Assembly (NCBI GenBank): GCA_041660505.1 | Contig: JBAZWG010000001.1 | Location: 115,979 to 179,978, forward strand | From: Minisyncoccota bacterium | Lineage (GTDB): Bacteria > Patescibacteriota > Minisyncoccia > Phycocordibacterales > JACRKE01 | Length of the DNA: 64,000 nt | Reading direction: 5' to 3' | Part shown: one piece after another, positions 9,300-17,427 of the stretch | How positions within the stretch are numbered: position 1 is the stretch's first letter | How the letters are laid out: the number at the start of each line of letters is the position of its first letter | Translations under genes and position numbers: made by a program | Notes under the pieces: generated by a model | What the model saw: only the letters and a program-made list of their open reading frames with translations | The model's database searches: none | What the model was told of the DNA's origin: nothing

Positions 9300-10202
9300 T
9301 TACTGCCCCTTGGTGGCCTTGTCAACTTGTGGTGAAAAACCTTTATTTAGAGCCAGCTTTATACCATCAAAAGGGGTGACCTTGCCTGTTTTCTTTAAGA
9401 ACCCGGCGAATGAGCCGTTCGTGTCAATAAGCGGGTCGCCGAGCGTTTTTGCCGTAGCATCAAGATTGATACTTGCAACCGGCGATGACGAAGCATTTAT
9501 TACTCGCAAATCCGTTATGCGCCCAACGGCAACAGATGGTGTCTGGCCGCTGGTAAAATCAAGGAGGACCAGTGTTTGCCCGAGCGAGAGACTGCCCGTC
9601 GGGAACGGCGTAGAAGCGAACTTGGTATCAGTCTTGGTCGTCACAATGTCGAGCACAACCAAATTATCTTCGTCGCTTGCCGAAATAAGTTTAGCCTTAC
9701 GCTCGTCTGTCGTACCCTGGATGAGGATGGAAAATTCCTTGCCCACGTCGGTAGCCGACAAGAGTCCCGCGGGTGATGCAATGATTCGCCCCGTGTCGGA
9801 CACTATAAGGCCTGTCAGGAATGTGTCAGCGGGCGTCTCGACAGGAGCGACATCGACAACTGCGACCGAGGCCAGATTTGAAGACGCGGTAGATGTCGCA
9901 ACGGCGGTGGCCACGCCGGGGATGCGAATGCGAACCAATGTCGGTGATGATTTATGAACCGCCTGAATTATCAAATCATCTTCCGAGACAACTACTTGTG
10001 TCGTTGTATTGATCGTCTTGGTCTCGCCGGGGCCGGGGACGACTCTTTCTACTGTCCTCTCAACGACGCGATTGATCTGCTGGGTAACCGACTTGGGAGC
10101 CTGTTCAAGCAGAGTCACGGTCACAATCCCCGTCGCAATGGATGTGACGAAGCTGACGAAGAGCATCAGGAGCACGAGTTGAGTTTTATTGAGTTCTTCC
10201 AT
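9300..10202 (-). CDS. Membrane-anchored trypsin-like (HtrA-like) fold protein, catalytic motifs degenerate
   Basis: N-terminus MEELNKTQLVLL..FVTSIATGIVTVTLL typical of Parcubacteria S1C homologues; GDPLIDTNG aligns with GGPLxNxxG. Confidence 0.6.
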   Translation of the reverse strand: MEELNKTQLVLLMLFVSFVTSIATGIVTVTLLEQAPKSVTQQINRVVERTVERVVPGPGETKTINTTTQVVVSEDDLIIQAVHKSSPTLVRIRIPGVATAVATSTASSNLASVAVVDVAPVETPADTFLTGLIVSDTGRIIASPAGLLSATDVGKEFSILIQGTTDERKAKLISASDEDNLVVLDIVTTKTDTKFASTPFPTGSLSLGQTLVLLDFTSGQTPSVAVGRITDLRVINASSSPVASINLDATAKTLGDPLIDTNGSFAGFLKKTGKVTPFDGIKLALNKGFSPQVDKATKGQ

Positions 10203-11382
10203 TTGCCGCCAGTATAGCAGAAATTTCACTCACAACAATATTTACATTTTTCTTGTCAGTATTCCTGCCGAGGCTAAAGCGGATCGCATGTTTGGCTACC
10301 CCTTCTCCCTTCATATTCGCGATAACTTGCGAAAAAGCCGAGTTGCCGGCCTGCCCGCCATTACTGCGCCCAGGCGCTGGCAGGCGGGCATGACAAGCGC
10401 TCCCGGCGGAGACAGCTATCCCCTTCGCATCAAGTTCCAACACCATTCTGTCGCTCTCGATACTCATGAAAGAGACATTTACAATGTTCGGCAATTGATG
10501 ACCCTTCGATCCATTATACACAAGACCGCCTTGTGTGCTGAGTTCTTTGAGAAAAAAGTGCCGTACTTCTTCCAGCCTTTTTGATTCCTCTTGCCTGTTT
10601 TTCTGAACCTCAAGAAATGCTTCCGCAAATTTAATTTGACCTTCAACATTCTCTGTCCCCGGGCGCAATCCGCGTTCCTGACCGCCGCCAAAAAATAACG
10701 GTTCAATATCCGTTCCGTTTTTTACGAATAAAAGTCCTGTCCCCTTCGGGCCATAAACCTTATGCCCGCTTATGGTCAACAGATCCGCAAAAAATGCATG
10801 TGGCTCTATGGATCTATGCCCCGCGGTTTGACTTGCATCAGTATGGAAGTAAGGATATTCCTTTCTACTTTCCTGCCTGCCGGCAGGCACGGCAACTTTC
10901 AACTTTTTAACTATAATTCCCACTTCGCGGACAGGTTGTAATGTCCCCGTTTCGTTATTCGCGTGCATGAGTGAGACGAGAACTGTTTCAGCCTTTATTA
11001 AAGACTCTAGTTTCGAAATATCAACAATGCCGTCTTCACGAACAGGCAGGTACGAAACTTCCGCGCCTTCGCGTTCGGCCTGCTTCACCGCCTCTAGGAC
11101 TGACGCATGCTCTATATTCGAGGTAATGATATGTGGCTTATTTATCTTCTTTTTTGCGGTGCGGAAAGTGCCCAGGATTGCGAGATTATTCGCCTCCGTC
11201 CCACCGCTTGTGAAGATAAGTTCGTTTGCTTGTGTTGCAAGAGCTTTAGCAAGCTTCTTTCTTGCATTTTCGAATTCACGTCGTAGCGTCACACCGTCCG
11301 CGTGAATCGAGCTCGGATTAGGCTCCGTACCGGCTGCATAATCCATGAATATCCTGCGTTGCGAAAAGCGGCCAAATAGCAT
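10186..11382 (-). CDS. iscS: Cysteine desulfurase (IscS/NifS family)
   Basis: FTSGGTEANN, IEHASV, ANNETG, HTDASQ, SGHKVYGPKG, SAGSAC. Confidence 0.9.
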   Translation of the reverse strand: MLFGRFSQRRIFMDYAAGTEPNPSSIHADGVTLRREFENARKKLAKALATQANELIFTSGGTEANNLAILGTFRTAKKKINKPHIITSNIEHASVLEAVKQAEREGAEVSYLPVREDGIVDISKLESLIKAETVLVSLMHANNETGTLQPVREVGIIVKKLKVAVPAGRQESRKEYPYFHTDASQTAGHRSIEPHAFFADLLTISGHKVYGPKGTGLLFVKNGTDIEPLFFGGGQERGLRPGTENVEGQIKFAEAFLEVQKNRQEESKRLEEVRHFFLKELSTQGGLVYNGSKGHQLPNIVNVSFMSIESDRMVLELDAKGIAVSAGSACHARLPAPGRSNGGQAGNSAFSQVIANMKGEGVAKHAIRFSLGRNTDKKNVNIVVSEISAILAANGRTQ

Positions 11383-11398
11383 ATACTCTCTATATTAT

Positions 11399-11860
11399 AT
11401 GCAAGACTCCATATTGTACATAGCCCTTGCGGGTCTGGCCTTGTCGCTCATTGCAGTGGGCCTTTTAATACGGCTTGAATTCAAACTCAAGAAGCTTTTC
11501 GCCGGCACAAAAGCCGACACTCTGGAAGATGTTATTGGTGCTCTTCATAAGGAGTTGCGCGCGCAGCAAGAAGCAGCCGGGCAAGCCGATGCTCGCATCG
11601 ATGATTTACACAATAGGGTCAAGCGCAGTGTTCAGTCTATCCGCACCATACGTTTCAACCCCTTTCAAGATTCCGGCAGTAACCAGAGCTTCTCGATGGT
11701 GTTCGCCGACGAGGAGGGCAACGGCGTCGTACTCTCATCTCTTTATGCGCGCGATAGAATGAGCGTCTATGCCAAACCTCTAGAAGAATTTTCTTCGGTA
11801 CACGAGCTTACGGACGAAGAACAGCATGTCATAGATGAGCGCAAAAAATTACATGAATAA
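11399..11860 (+). CDS. DUF4446-like membrane-anchored protein
   Basis: N-terminal TM, RFNPFQDSGSNQSFS, GVVLSSLYARD, VYAKP. Confidence 0.75.
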   Translation: MQDSILYIALAGLALSLIAVGLLIRLEFKLKKLFAGTKADTLEDVIGALHKELRAQQEAAGQADARIDDLHNRVKRSVQSIRTIRFNPFQDSGSNQSFSMVFADEEGNGVVLSSLYARDRMSVYAKPLEEFSSVHELTDEEQHVIDERKKLHE

Positions 11861-13361
11861 ATCAGAGACCTCACAAACCATAGAACGTCCACCCGTGATT
11901 GTAATAATGGGCCACATTGACCACGGCAAGTCAACGCTTTTAGACTATGTTCGCAAAAGCAATATCGTTGCCGGCGAGGCGGGCGGCATCACCCAACACA
12001 CCGGTTCGTATGAAGTGATTCACGAAACGCCGAAGGGCGAGAAGAAAAAGATTACCTTCATCGATACGCCGGGCCACGCGGCATTCTCCGAGATGCGCGT
12101 TCGCGGAGCGATCGCCGCCGATATCGCTATATTAATTATTTCCGCAGAAGAAGGCGTAAAGGCTCAAACCCTCGAGGCCCTCAAGGCCATCATGGAGGCG
12201 AAGATCCCCTACATTGTCGCTATCACCAAAATAGACAAGCCGAATGCCAATGTCGACCGCGTCCGCCAGGACTTAGCAACCAATGACGTATATGTAGAAG
12301 GTTACGGCGGCACCATCCCCTGCGTACCAATATCGTCTAAATCAGGTGAAGGCATCCCAGAATTGCTTGATATGATTTTACTTGTTGCAGAGCTTGGAGA
12401 GTTCAAAGCAGATCCTACACTACCCGCCTCTGGTGTTGTGCTAGAAGCAAGCCTTGATGCCAAACGCGGCGCGTCGGCTACTTTGCTCATTCGTGAGGGC
12501 ACGCTTCATCAAGGCGACTTCCTCGCTATCGGCAACGAGGCAACACCGGTGCGCTCGATGCAAGACTTCAATGGCGCTCGAATAGAATCAGCGACAGTTT
12601 GTGCGCCGGTTCAAATCATGGGATTCAAGACGCCGCCGAAAGCAGGTGCCGTGTTTATGGCAGCGAAGTCGAAGAAAGAAGCGGAGGCTTATGCCGAGAC
12701 TCAAGCGAAGGTGGCGGCAACCGCAAGATTAAGCGCAACAGGCGGCGAGTCTGGTGTAGTGCTCCCCATCATCCTTAAGGCAGACTTCCTCGGCACGCTT
12801 GAAGCGATCGAGGGCGAGCTCAAGAAGCTGACGACCCCGGAAGTGACTATCAAGTTAGTTCACACCGGTATCGGTAATGTGAGCGAAGCCGACATGAAGG
12901 TCGCCGAGAGCAGTGAGCACCCGATTATTATCGGCTTCAATGTCAAAGTCGACAACAGCGCGCAAGGTATTGCCGAAAAGATTGGTGTCCAACCTCGATT
13001 GTTCTCGATCATCTACGAGATAACCGACATGCTTAAAGAAGAAATAGCCAAGCTCACACCCAAGGTGGTCGTCGAGCAAGCGGTTGGCAAAGTCAAGATT
13101 CTTAAGACATTCGGCGGGACGAAGGACAAGCAGATTGTCGGCGGAGCGGTAACCGAAGGCATGATCATAGACGGTAAGCAGGTCAAGGTCATCCGCCAGA
13201 ACACCGAAGTCGCCCGCGGACTCATCGTCGGCTTGCAACAGCAGAAGATCAAAGTTAAAGAAGTCCCGGCCGATACCCAGTTCGGCGCCATGATAGAGTG
13301 CAAGCTCGAGATCGCTCCGGGCGATATTTTAGAAGTGTTCGATATCATCGAAAATTCTTAA
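11853..13361 (+). CDS. infB: Translation initiation factor IF-2 (short form, no N-terminal domain)
   Basis: RPPVIVIMGHIDHGKST, GGITQH, DTPGHAAF. Confidence 0.97.
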   Translation: MNKSETSQTIERPPVIVIMGHIDHGKSTLLDYVRKSNIVAGEAGGITQHTGSYEVIHETPKGEKKKITFIDTPGHAAFSEMRVRGAIAADIAILIISAEEGVKAQTLEALKAIMEAKIPYIVAITKIDKPNANVDRVRQDLATNDVYVEGYGGTIPCVPISSKSGEGIPELLDMILLVAELGEFKADPTLPASGVVLEASLDAKRGASATLLIREGTLHQGDFLAIGNEATPVRSMQDFNGARIESATVCAPVQIMGFKTPPKAGAVFMAAKSKKEAEAYAETQAKVAATARLSATGGESGVVLPIILKADFLGTLEAIEGELKKLTTPEVTIKLVHTGIGNVSEADMKVAESSEHPIIIGFNVKVDNSAQGIAEKIGVQPRLFSIIYEITDMLKEEIAKLTPKVVVEQAVGKVKILKTFGGTKDKQIVGGAVTEGMIIDGKQVKVIRQNTEVARGLIVGLQQQKIKVKEVPADTQFGAMIECKLEIAPGDILEVFDIIENS

Positions 13362-13383
13362 ATTCTTTAATTCTGTCCAAAAT

Positions 13384-13728
13384 ATGACCTTCCGCAAAGC
13401 ACGAGTACAGGATCAAATGCGCGACTGGTGCGCAGAATATTTTAAAGACCATCCGAGTCCGACAGGTTTGCTGACCTTAACCGGCTTCGACATGTCGCCC
13501 GACATGAAGTATGCCACGATACTTATTTCAGTACTCCCTGAGTCCGCCGAGCAAACAGTGTTTGATTATGCCGTGCGCGAACTCCACAACCTCCGCGAAT
13601 TTGTAAAATCCCAAGCGCACATGCGCGTCTTCCCCTTCTTCAAAATTGAGCTTGATATAGGCGAAAAAAGGCGCCAGGCGTTCGACGAAGTTTTGCGCCA
13701 GGCCAAAGAGGCGGATAAGAACCGATAG
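13384..13728 (+). CDS. rbfA: Ribosome-binding factor A
   Basis: Follows infB; MSPDMKYATILIS, MRVFPFFKIELD. Confidence 0.85.
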   Translation: MTFRKARVQDQMRDWCAEYFKDHPSPTGLLTLTGFDMSPDMKYATILISVLPESAEQTVFDYAVRELHNLREFVKSQAHMRVFPFFKIELDIGEKRRQAFDEVLRQAKEADKNR

Positions 13729-13733
13729 ATTTA

Positions 13734-13816
13734 TGCCCGGGGTGGGACTCGGACCCACACGACCTTGCGGTCAAAAGATTTTAAGTCTTTCGCGTATACC
13801 ATTCCGCCACCCGGGC
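13734..13816 (-). tRNA. tRNA-Leu(TAA)
   Basis: Anticodon arm AAAGA-CTTAAAA-TCTTT, long variable arm; T-loop variant GTCCGAG. Confidence 0.9.
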
Positions 13817-13840
13817 AATTCGATTTTCAATACCACACAG

Positions 13841-13918
13841 AGGCCGCGGGGAGAATCGAACTCCCGTATAAAGGTTTTGTCCCCCCTACGGGGGATCTCC
13901 CGCAGGGAGACGGACCTT
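13841..13918 (-). pseudogene. 3' half of a split tRNA-Cys(GCA) with a double-hairpin insert inside the anticodon
   Basis: Minus strand AAGGT-CC-G[insert]CA-AA-ACCTT-TATAC-GGGAG-TTCGATT-CTCCC-CGCGGCC-T. Confidence 0.85.
13879..13911. repeat. GTC...GAC double-hairpin element, copy 1
   Basis: GTCCCCCCTACGGGGGATCTCCCGCAGGGAGAC. Confidence 0.8.
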
Positions 13919-13936
13919 ACCTTTTACTGCCTCGTG

Positions 13937-14008
13937 AGGCCTGGGCGGGAATCGAACCCGCGCATAAGAGTTTTGCAGACTCTCGACTTACCACTTGTCT
14001 ACCAGGCC
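13937..14008 (-). tRNA. tRNA-Cys(GCA), intact, nested inside the split tRNA-Cys
   Basis: GGCCTGG/CCAGGCC acceptor, AGAGT-CTGCAAA-ACTCT anticodon arm, U73 discriminator. Confidence 0.95.
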
Positions 14009-14017
14009 TTTAAATTT

Positions 14018-14257
14018 TCAACAGTACAAATTTCTTAGTATCTCCTTTTGTTGTCCGGTCTTGAGGAACATTTCTCGCCGAAACGCTTCGGCTCTCGTTG
14101 CGTATTCTTCGACTCGCTTAAGTTCCCATGGTTTGTAAAACTGTGTCGATTTAACTTTACCACTATTATGCAGATGAAGTCTATTAGTAACATCCGCTGT
14201 ACTTCCTACATAAAGTCTGTGCTCTTTTTTACTTAACAATACATAGACATAATACAT
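14018..14257 (-). CDS. Small standalone GIY-YIG nuclease (UPF0213-like)
   Basis: MYYVYVL..LYVGST..RLHLHNSG..KST..PWEL..AFRRE..LK. Confidence 0.9.
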   Translation of the reverse strand: MYYVYVLLSKKEHRLYVGSTADVTNRLHLHNSGKVKSTQFYKPWELKRVEEYATRAEAFRREMFLKTGQQKEILRNLYC

Positions 14258-14317
14258 ACTTCGCTTTACCACTTAGTGTCCCCTCGGGACATCTACCGAA
14301 GGTATGACAACGCGGCC
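14258..14317 (-). pseudogene. 5' half of the split tRNA-Cys with a double-hairpin insert in the D-stem
   Basis: Minus strand GGCCGCG-TT-G[insert]CT-AAGTGGTAA-AGC-G-AAG; GGCCGCG pairs perfectly with CGCGGCC at 13842-13848. Confidence 0.8.
14278..14308. repeat. GTC...GAC double-hairpin element, copy 2
   Basis: GTCCCCTCGGGACATCTACCGAAGGTATGAC, same orientation as and alignable with copy 1. Confidence 0.78.
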
Positions 14318-14363
14318 GTAGCGGTTATAGTAGCAGTTTTTCGACACGAAATAAAGCACGATT

Positions 14364-14447
14364 TGGTGGGCGGGAGAGGACTTGAACCTCCATGCCTTGC
14401 GGCACCAGCTCCTAAGGCTGGCGTGTCTGCCATTTCACCACCCGCCC
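14364..14447 (-). tRNA. tRNA-Leu(TAG)
   Basis: Anticodon arm CCAGC-CTTAGGA-GCTGG, encoded CCA. Confidence 0.95.
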
Positions 14448-14464
14448 TGCTTTCGCGAACACTG

Positions 14465-14537
14465 TCCGCCCAGTAGGATTCGAACCTACGACCTTCTCGT
14501 TAAGAGCGAGCAGCTCTACCAACTGAGCTATGGGCGG
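14465..14537 (-). tRNA. tRNA-Lys(CTT)
   Basis: TAGCTCAGTTGGTAGAGC D-arm, CTCG-CTCTTAA-CGAG anticodon arm, GTTCGAAT. Confidence 0.92.
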
Positions 14538-14568
14538 AAATACGTTACGTATTTATACCACAAAAGAG

Positions 14569-15465
14569 CTACAGACTCAAATTCCGGATGACCTCTGCTG
14601 TGATGGTCGTGGTGGCCGCTTCGCTTGTCGCACCATACAATCTTATCTCGTCACCTTCTACGAATCTCTTGAACGAGATCGTGCTTCTATTTTTATTCAA
14701 GAGTTTTGTGTTTCCATCCAGAACGACGTCATATTCTTTTCTATCCAATACCGCCCTGATCTTAGACTGATTTGTTATCGATAATATCTTGCCGGAATAA
14801 TTTCTCGGCTCAAACTGCTTCAGATCGATGAAGACATTCACTGCCGTTGCGGCGAGCGAATTGTCGGCATGATTATATTCGCCGGATACAGAAATAACTT
14901 TGTCTCCAGCTTGCAACCACGGTGTAGTTATTGTAAGCGTTCCTTTATATATCGGCGCGGAGCCCACGTTCACGCGTACCGGGCCATACTTGGTTGAGTA
15001 CAACGTAAAGGCGTTTTGGTCGGCCATGACTGCCCCGATATTTCCCGAGAAAGCGCTCGTCTCTTTAAGCACCATTAGGTCGACGACATTCCTGGCCGCC
15101 ATAGTGAAGGTATTGCCATTAGCCTCAAGTGTGCCGTCTATATTGAGATAGTCACCTTCTTTTAATTCTTTAAGTGTTGTAGCCTCACCGTATCTGCGGT
15201 AGAACTTGGTATCACCATTAGTCTTTATTGTAACCCGCAAGAACATGTCGCCCCAGACAAGCCGGGCAAAGAACGTGGTGCCGGCAAATTGAGCAATCTT
15301 TACATTACGTAAAGTCATCGCTCCATCCCTAGTCACTGTAATCTCCGGCCGCCTATCAGTACCGACTATATTTTGTAAAATAGAAATCTGCGTTGGCGTC
15401 GTTGTATCGACCTGTGCAAATGCAAACGACGGAACAGTGAGTAATACGAGTAAAAGTTTCTTCAT
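14569..15465 (-). CDS. Secreted protein with repeated OB-like (DUF5666-like) domains
   Basis: Signal peptide ending AFA; three repeats of type TKF..ELKEGD.LNIDG. Confidence 0.6.
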   Translation of the reverse strand: MKKLLLVLLTVPSFAFAQVDTTTPTQISILQNIVGTDRRPEITVTRDGAMTLRNVKIAQFAGTTFFARLVWGDMFLRVTIKTNGDTKFYRRYGEATTLKELKEGDYLNIDGTLEANGNTFTMAARNVVDLMVLKETSAFSGNIGAVMADQNAFTLYSTKYGPVRVNVGSAPIYKGTLTITTPWLQAGDKVISVSGEYNHADNSLAATAVNVFIDLKQFEPRNYSGKILSITNQSKIRAVLDRKEYDVVLDGNTKLLNKNRSTISFKRFVEGDEIRLYGATSEAATTTITAEVIRNLSL

Positions 15466-15472
15466 AATTTTT

Positions 15473-17272
15473 TTACATTTTTTCTAAAGTTTCGATTCCT
15501 AACAACTTCAGACCATTTCTAATAACCTGCGCAGTGGCGGCGGCAATCGCAACTCGATGCGGCGATTCTGCATCATCAGCGCTAACAATCTGTGTACTGC
15601 CATAAAAGCTATTGAACTCCTGCGCAAGCTGGAGCAAGTAACTTGCAAGATGGTTCGGTGCATAGTCAAGCCCGGCTCGCTCGATAATTTCTGGATAGCG
15701 CGCGATGAGCCGAGCGAGCGAGCTTCCGGGTAAGGTTTCGCCTTCCCCTACAGGGTAAGGCGAAACCTTACCCGAGATTCCTGCCGACTCGGCCTTTCGC
15801 AATAGTGACTGAATTCGGGCATACACATATTGCAAATACGGCCCAGAGTCCCCTTCGAAACTTAGGGATGTGTCGAAATCAAAAGTCGTGTCGGTCGTCC
15901 TGCCAGTGCGCAGAATGCTATATTTAATAGCACCGAGCGCGATGATTTCCAGGGCTTCGTCCTCATTCTCAAACATAAATTTCTCCGCCGGTATCCTAGC
16001 CTTGAGCTCTTTCTTTGTAAGTTCTATCAAGTCGTCAACATATACAATATTCCCGGTGCGCGAACTCATTTTGCCGGAGCCCTTGATGCTCACCAGGCCG
16101 TATGGCAGATGTGTAAAATCCGAAATCTTACCGATACCAAGTTGCTCGCATATCGCGAACACCTGTCGTAATGCCAGCGACTGCTCCGGCCCAACGACCC
16201 AGAACATTTTATCAGCGCGCGTCTTTTCTTTCTTAAGTTTCGTTAAAGCGATATCTTGCGTAATATATAAAGATGTACCGTCGCGCTTCATTAATATAGT
16301 ATCGGGAATCTTGTACGACTCAAGTTTCGAGAGGACTGCGCCGTCTTCAAGCTTAGTAAACACGCTTTTTGCCAATCCCTCTTCTATGTATTTCTTACCT
16401 TCTGCGTAATGCTCGCTCTCTTTCCAGAAGATATCTACACTGCTTCCAAGTCGCTTCATCGTTGCCATTTGCCCATCAAGCACCCAGCCCACAAGTAATG
16501 ACGTTAGTTCTCGAACATATGGTCCGTCCGCATCCCACGCCAAAGTTAGCTCTCTTACTAGTGCTTCGGTTTCAAGATTTTTGAAATCATCAGTGCCAAG
16601 CGTATAATACTGTTCTACGAAACGATCCGGCTTGATGCCCACAGATTCAGGCGTGAGCCACTCTGATTTATTTTCTGCCCAGCCAGCCACAGTCGCCTTC
16701 GTCTCGTCTTTATCATTTCTGCCAAATTTGAGATAGCCCCAGACAAGCTTCATAATGGCTATCCCTCTGTCATTTAAAACGTAGTCTCGCACAACGTTAA
16801 TACCCATAGCTTGCCACAGATTAGAAACCGCCATACCGGTGATGTTGTTGCGCAAATGGCCAAGGTGTAGCGCCTTCGTCGGATTGGCTGAAGTGTGCTC
16901 GATGAGCCAAGTCTTGCCCTTGCCCCAGTCACTTTTGCCATATGCCTCTTTCTCATCAAGAATAGTCTTCAAACTTCCTGCAAAAAACTCCGGTTTGAGA
17001 AATATATTCACGAATCCAGGCCCAGCCACTTCAGCCTTCGCAACAAGCGCGTGCTTCTCGAGTTCGGCTGCAATCTGCTCGCCGATATCCTTAGGTTTTT
17101 TACCCAGCTCTTTAGAAAGTTGCAAAGCAACGTTGGTCGTGTAATCACCGTGCTCGAAAGATTCCGGGTGCGTCAAGGCAACATTCACCTCCCCATCAAA
17201 TCTAGGGAATATCCTGCGTACAATATCCAGCACCTCCCGCGCGAGTTTTTCTCTAATATTTTCCGTCATCAC
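15473..17272 (-). CDS. argS: Arginine--tRNA ligase
   Basis: HGDYTTN, SANPTKALHLGHLRN, GKMSSRTG, GDSGPYLQY, FNSFY. Confidence 0.97.
   Translation of the reverse strand: MMTENIREKLAREVLDIVRRIFPRFDGEVNVALTHPESFEHGDYTTNVALQLSKELGKKPKDIGEQIAAELEKHALVAKAEVAGPGFVNIFLKPEFFAGSLKTILDEKEAYGKSDWGKGKTWLIEHTSANPTKALHLGHLRNNITGMAVSNLWQAMGINVVRDYVLNDRGIAIMKLVWGYLKFGRNDKDETKATVAGWAENKSEWLTPESVGIKPDRFVEQYYTLGTDDFKNLETEALVRELTLAWDADGPYVRELTSLLVGWVLDGQMATMKRLGSSVDIFWKESEHYAEGKKYIEEGLAKSVFTKLEDGAVLSKLESYKIPDTILMKRDGTSLYITQDIALTKLKKEKTRADKMFWVVGPEQSLALRQVFAICEQLGIGKISDFTHLPYGLVSIKGSGKMSSRTGNIVYVDDLIELTKKELKARIPAEKFMFENEDEALEIIALGAIKYSILRTGRTTDTTFDFDTSLSFEGDSGPYLQYVYARIQSLLRKAESAGISGKVSPYPVGEGETLPGSSLARLIARYPEIIERAGLDYAPNHLASYLLQLAQEFNSFYGSTQIVSADDAESPHRVAIAAATAQVIRNGLKLLGIETLEKM
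15727..15774. repeat. RAYT-type REP doublet in frame within argS
   Basis: CGGGTAAGGTTTCGCCTT-N12-AAGGCGAAACCTTACCCG. Confidence 0.85.
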
Positions 17273-17317
17273 ACCATAGTAGCAATACCGAGGTCAGTTA
17301 TCAAACGTGGATATCAA

Positions 17318-17346
17318 TTCGGGGTAAGGTTTCGCCTTACCCCGAA
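17318..17346. repeat. RAYT-type REP
   Basis: TTCGGGGTAAGG-TTTCG-CCTTACCCCGAA, 12-bp stem and 5-nt loop. Confidence 0.9.
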
Positions 17347-17427
17347 GGGCTAAAGCCCGAAAGAAAATTCAAAAACCCAAAGTATCAAAGGGTCAAAGAT
17401 TCAAAGGAAGGCAAAAAGAATAACGAA

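Noticed and set aside
11853-13361. Short IF2 (and short ValRS at 57664-59889) as possible truncations
   Set aside because: Catalytic cores are complete; streamlined forms are usual in Patescibacteria
13919-14257. Classical group I intron in tRNA-Cys
   Set aside because: The interval is almost fully occupied by the ORF and an intact tRNA, leaving no space for a ribozyme core
13733-14784. Several plus-strand ORFs over the tRNA cluster
   Set aside because: They are antisense translations of tRNA genes and the GIY-YIG gene
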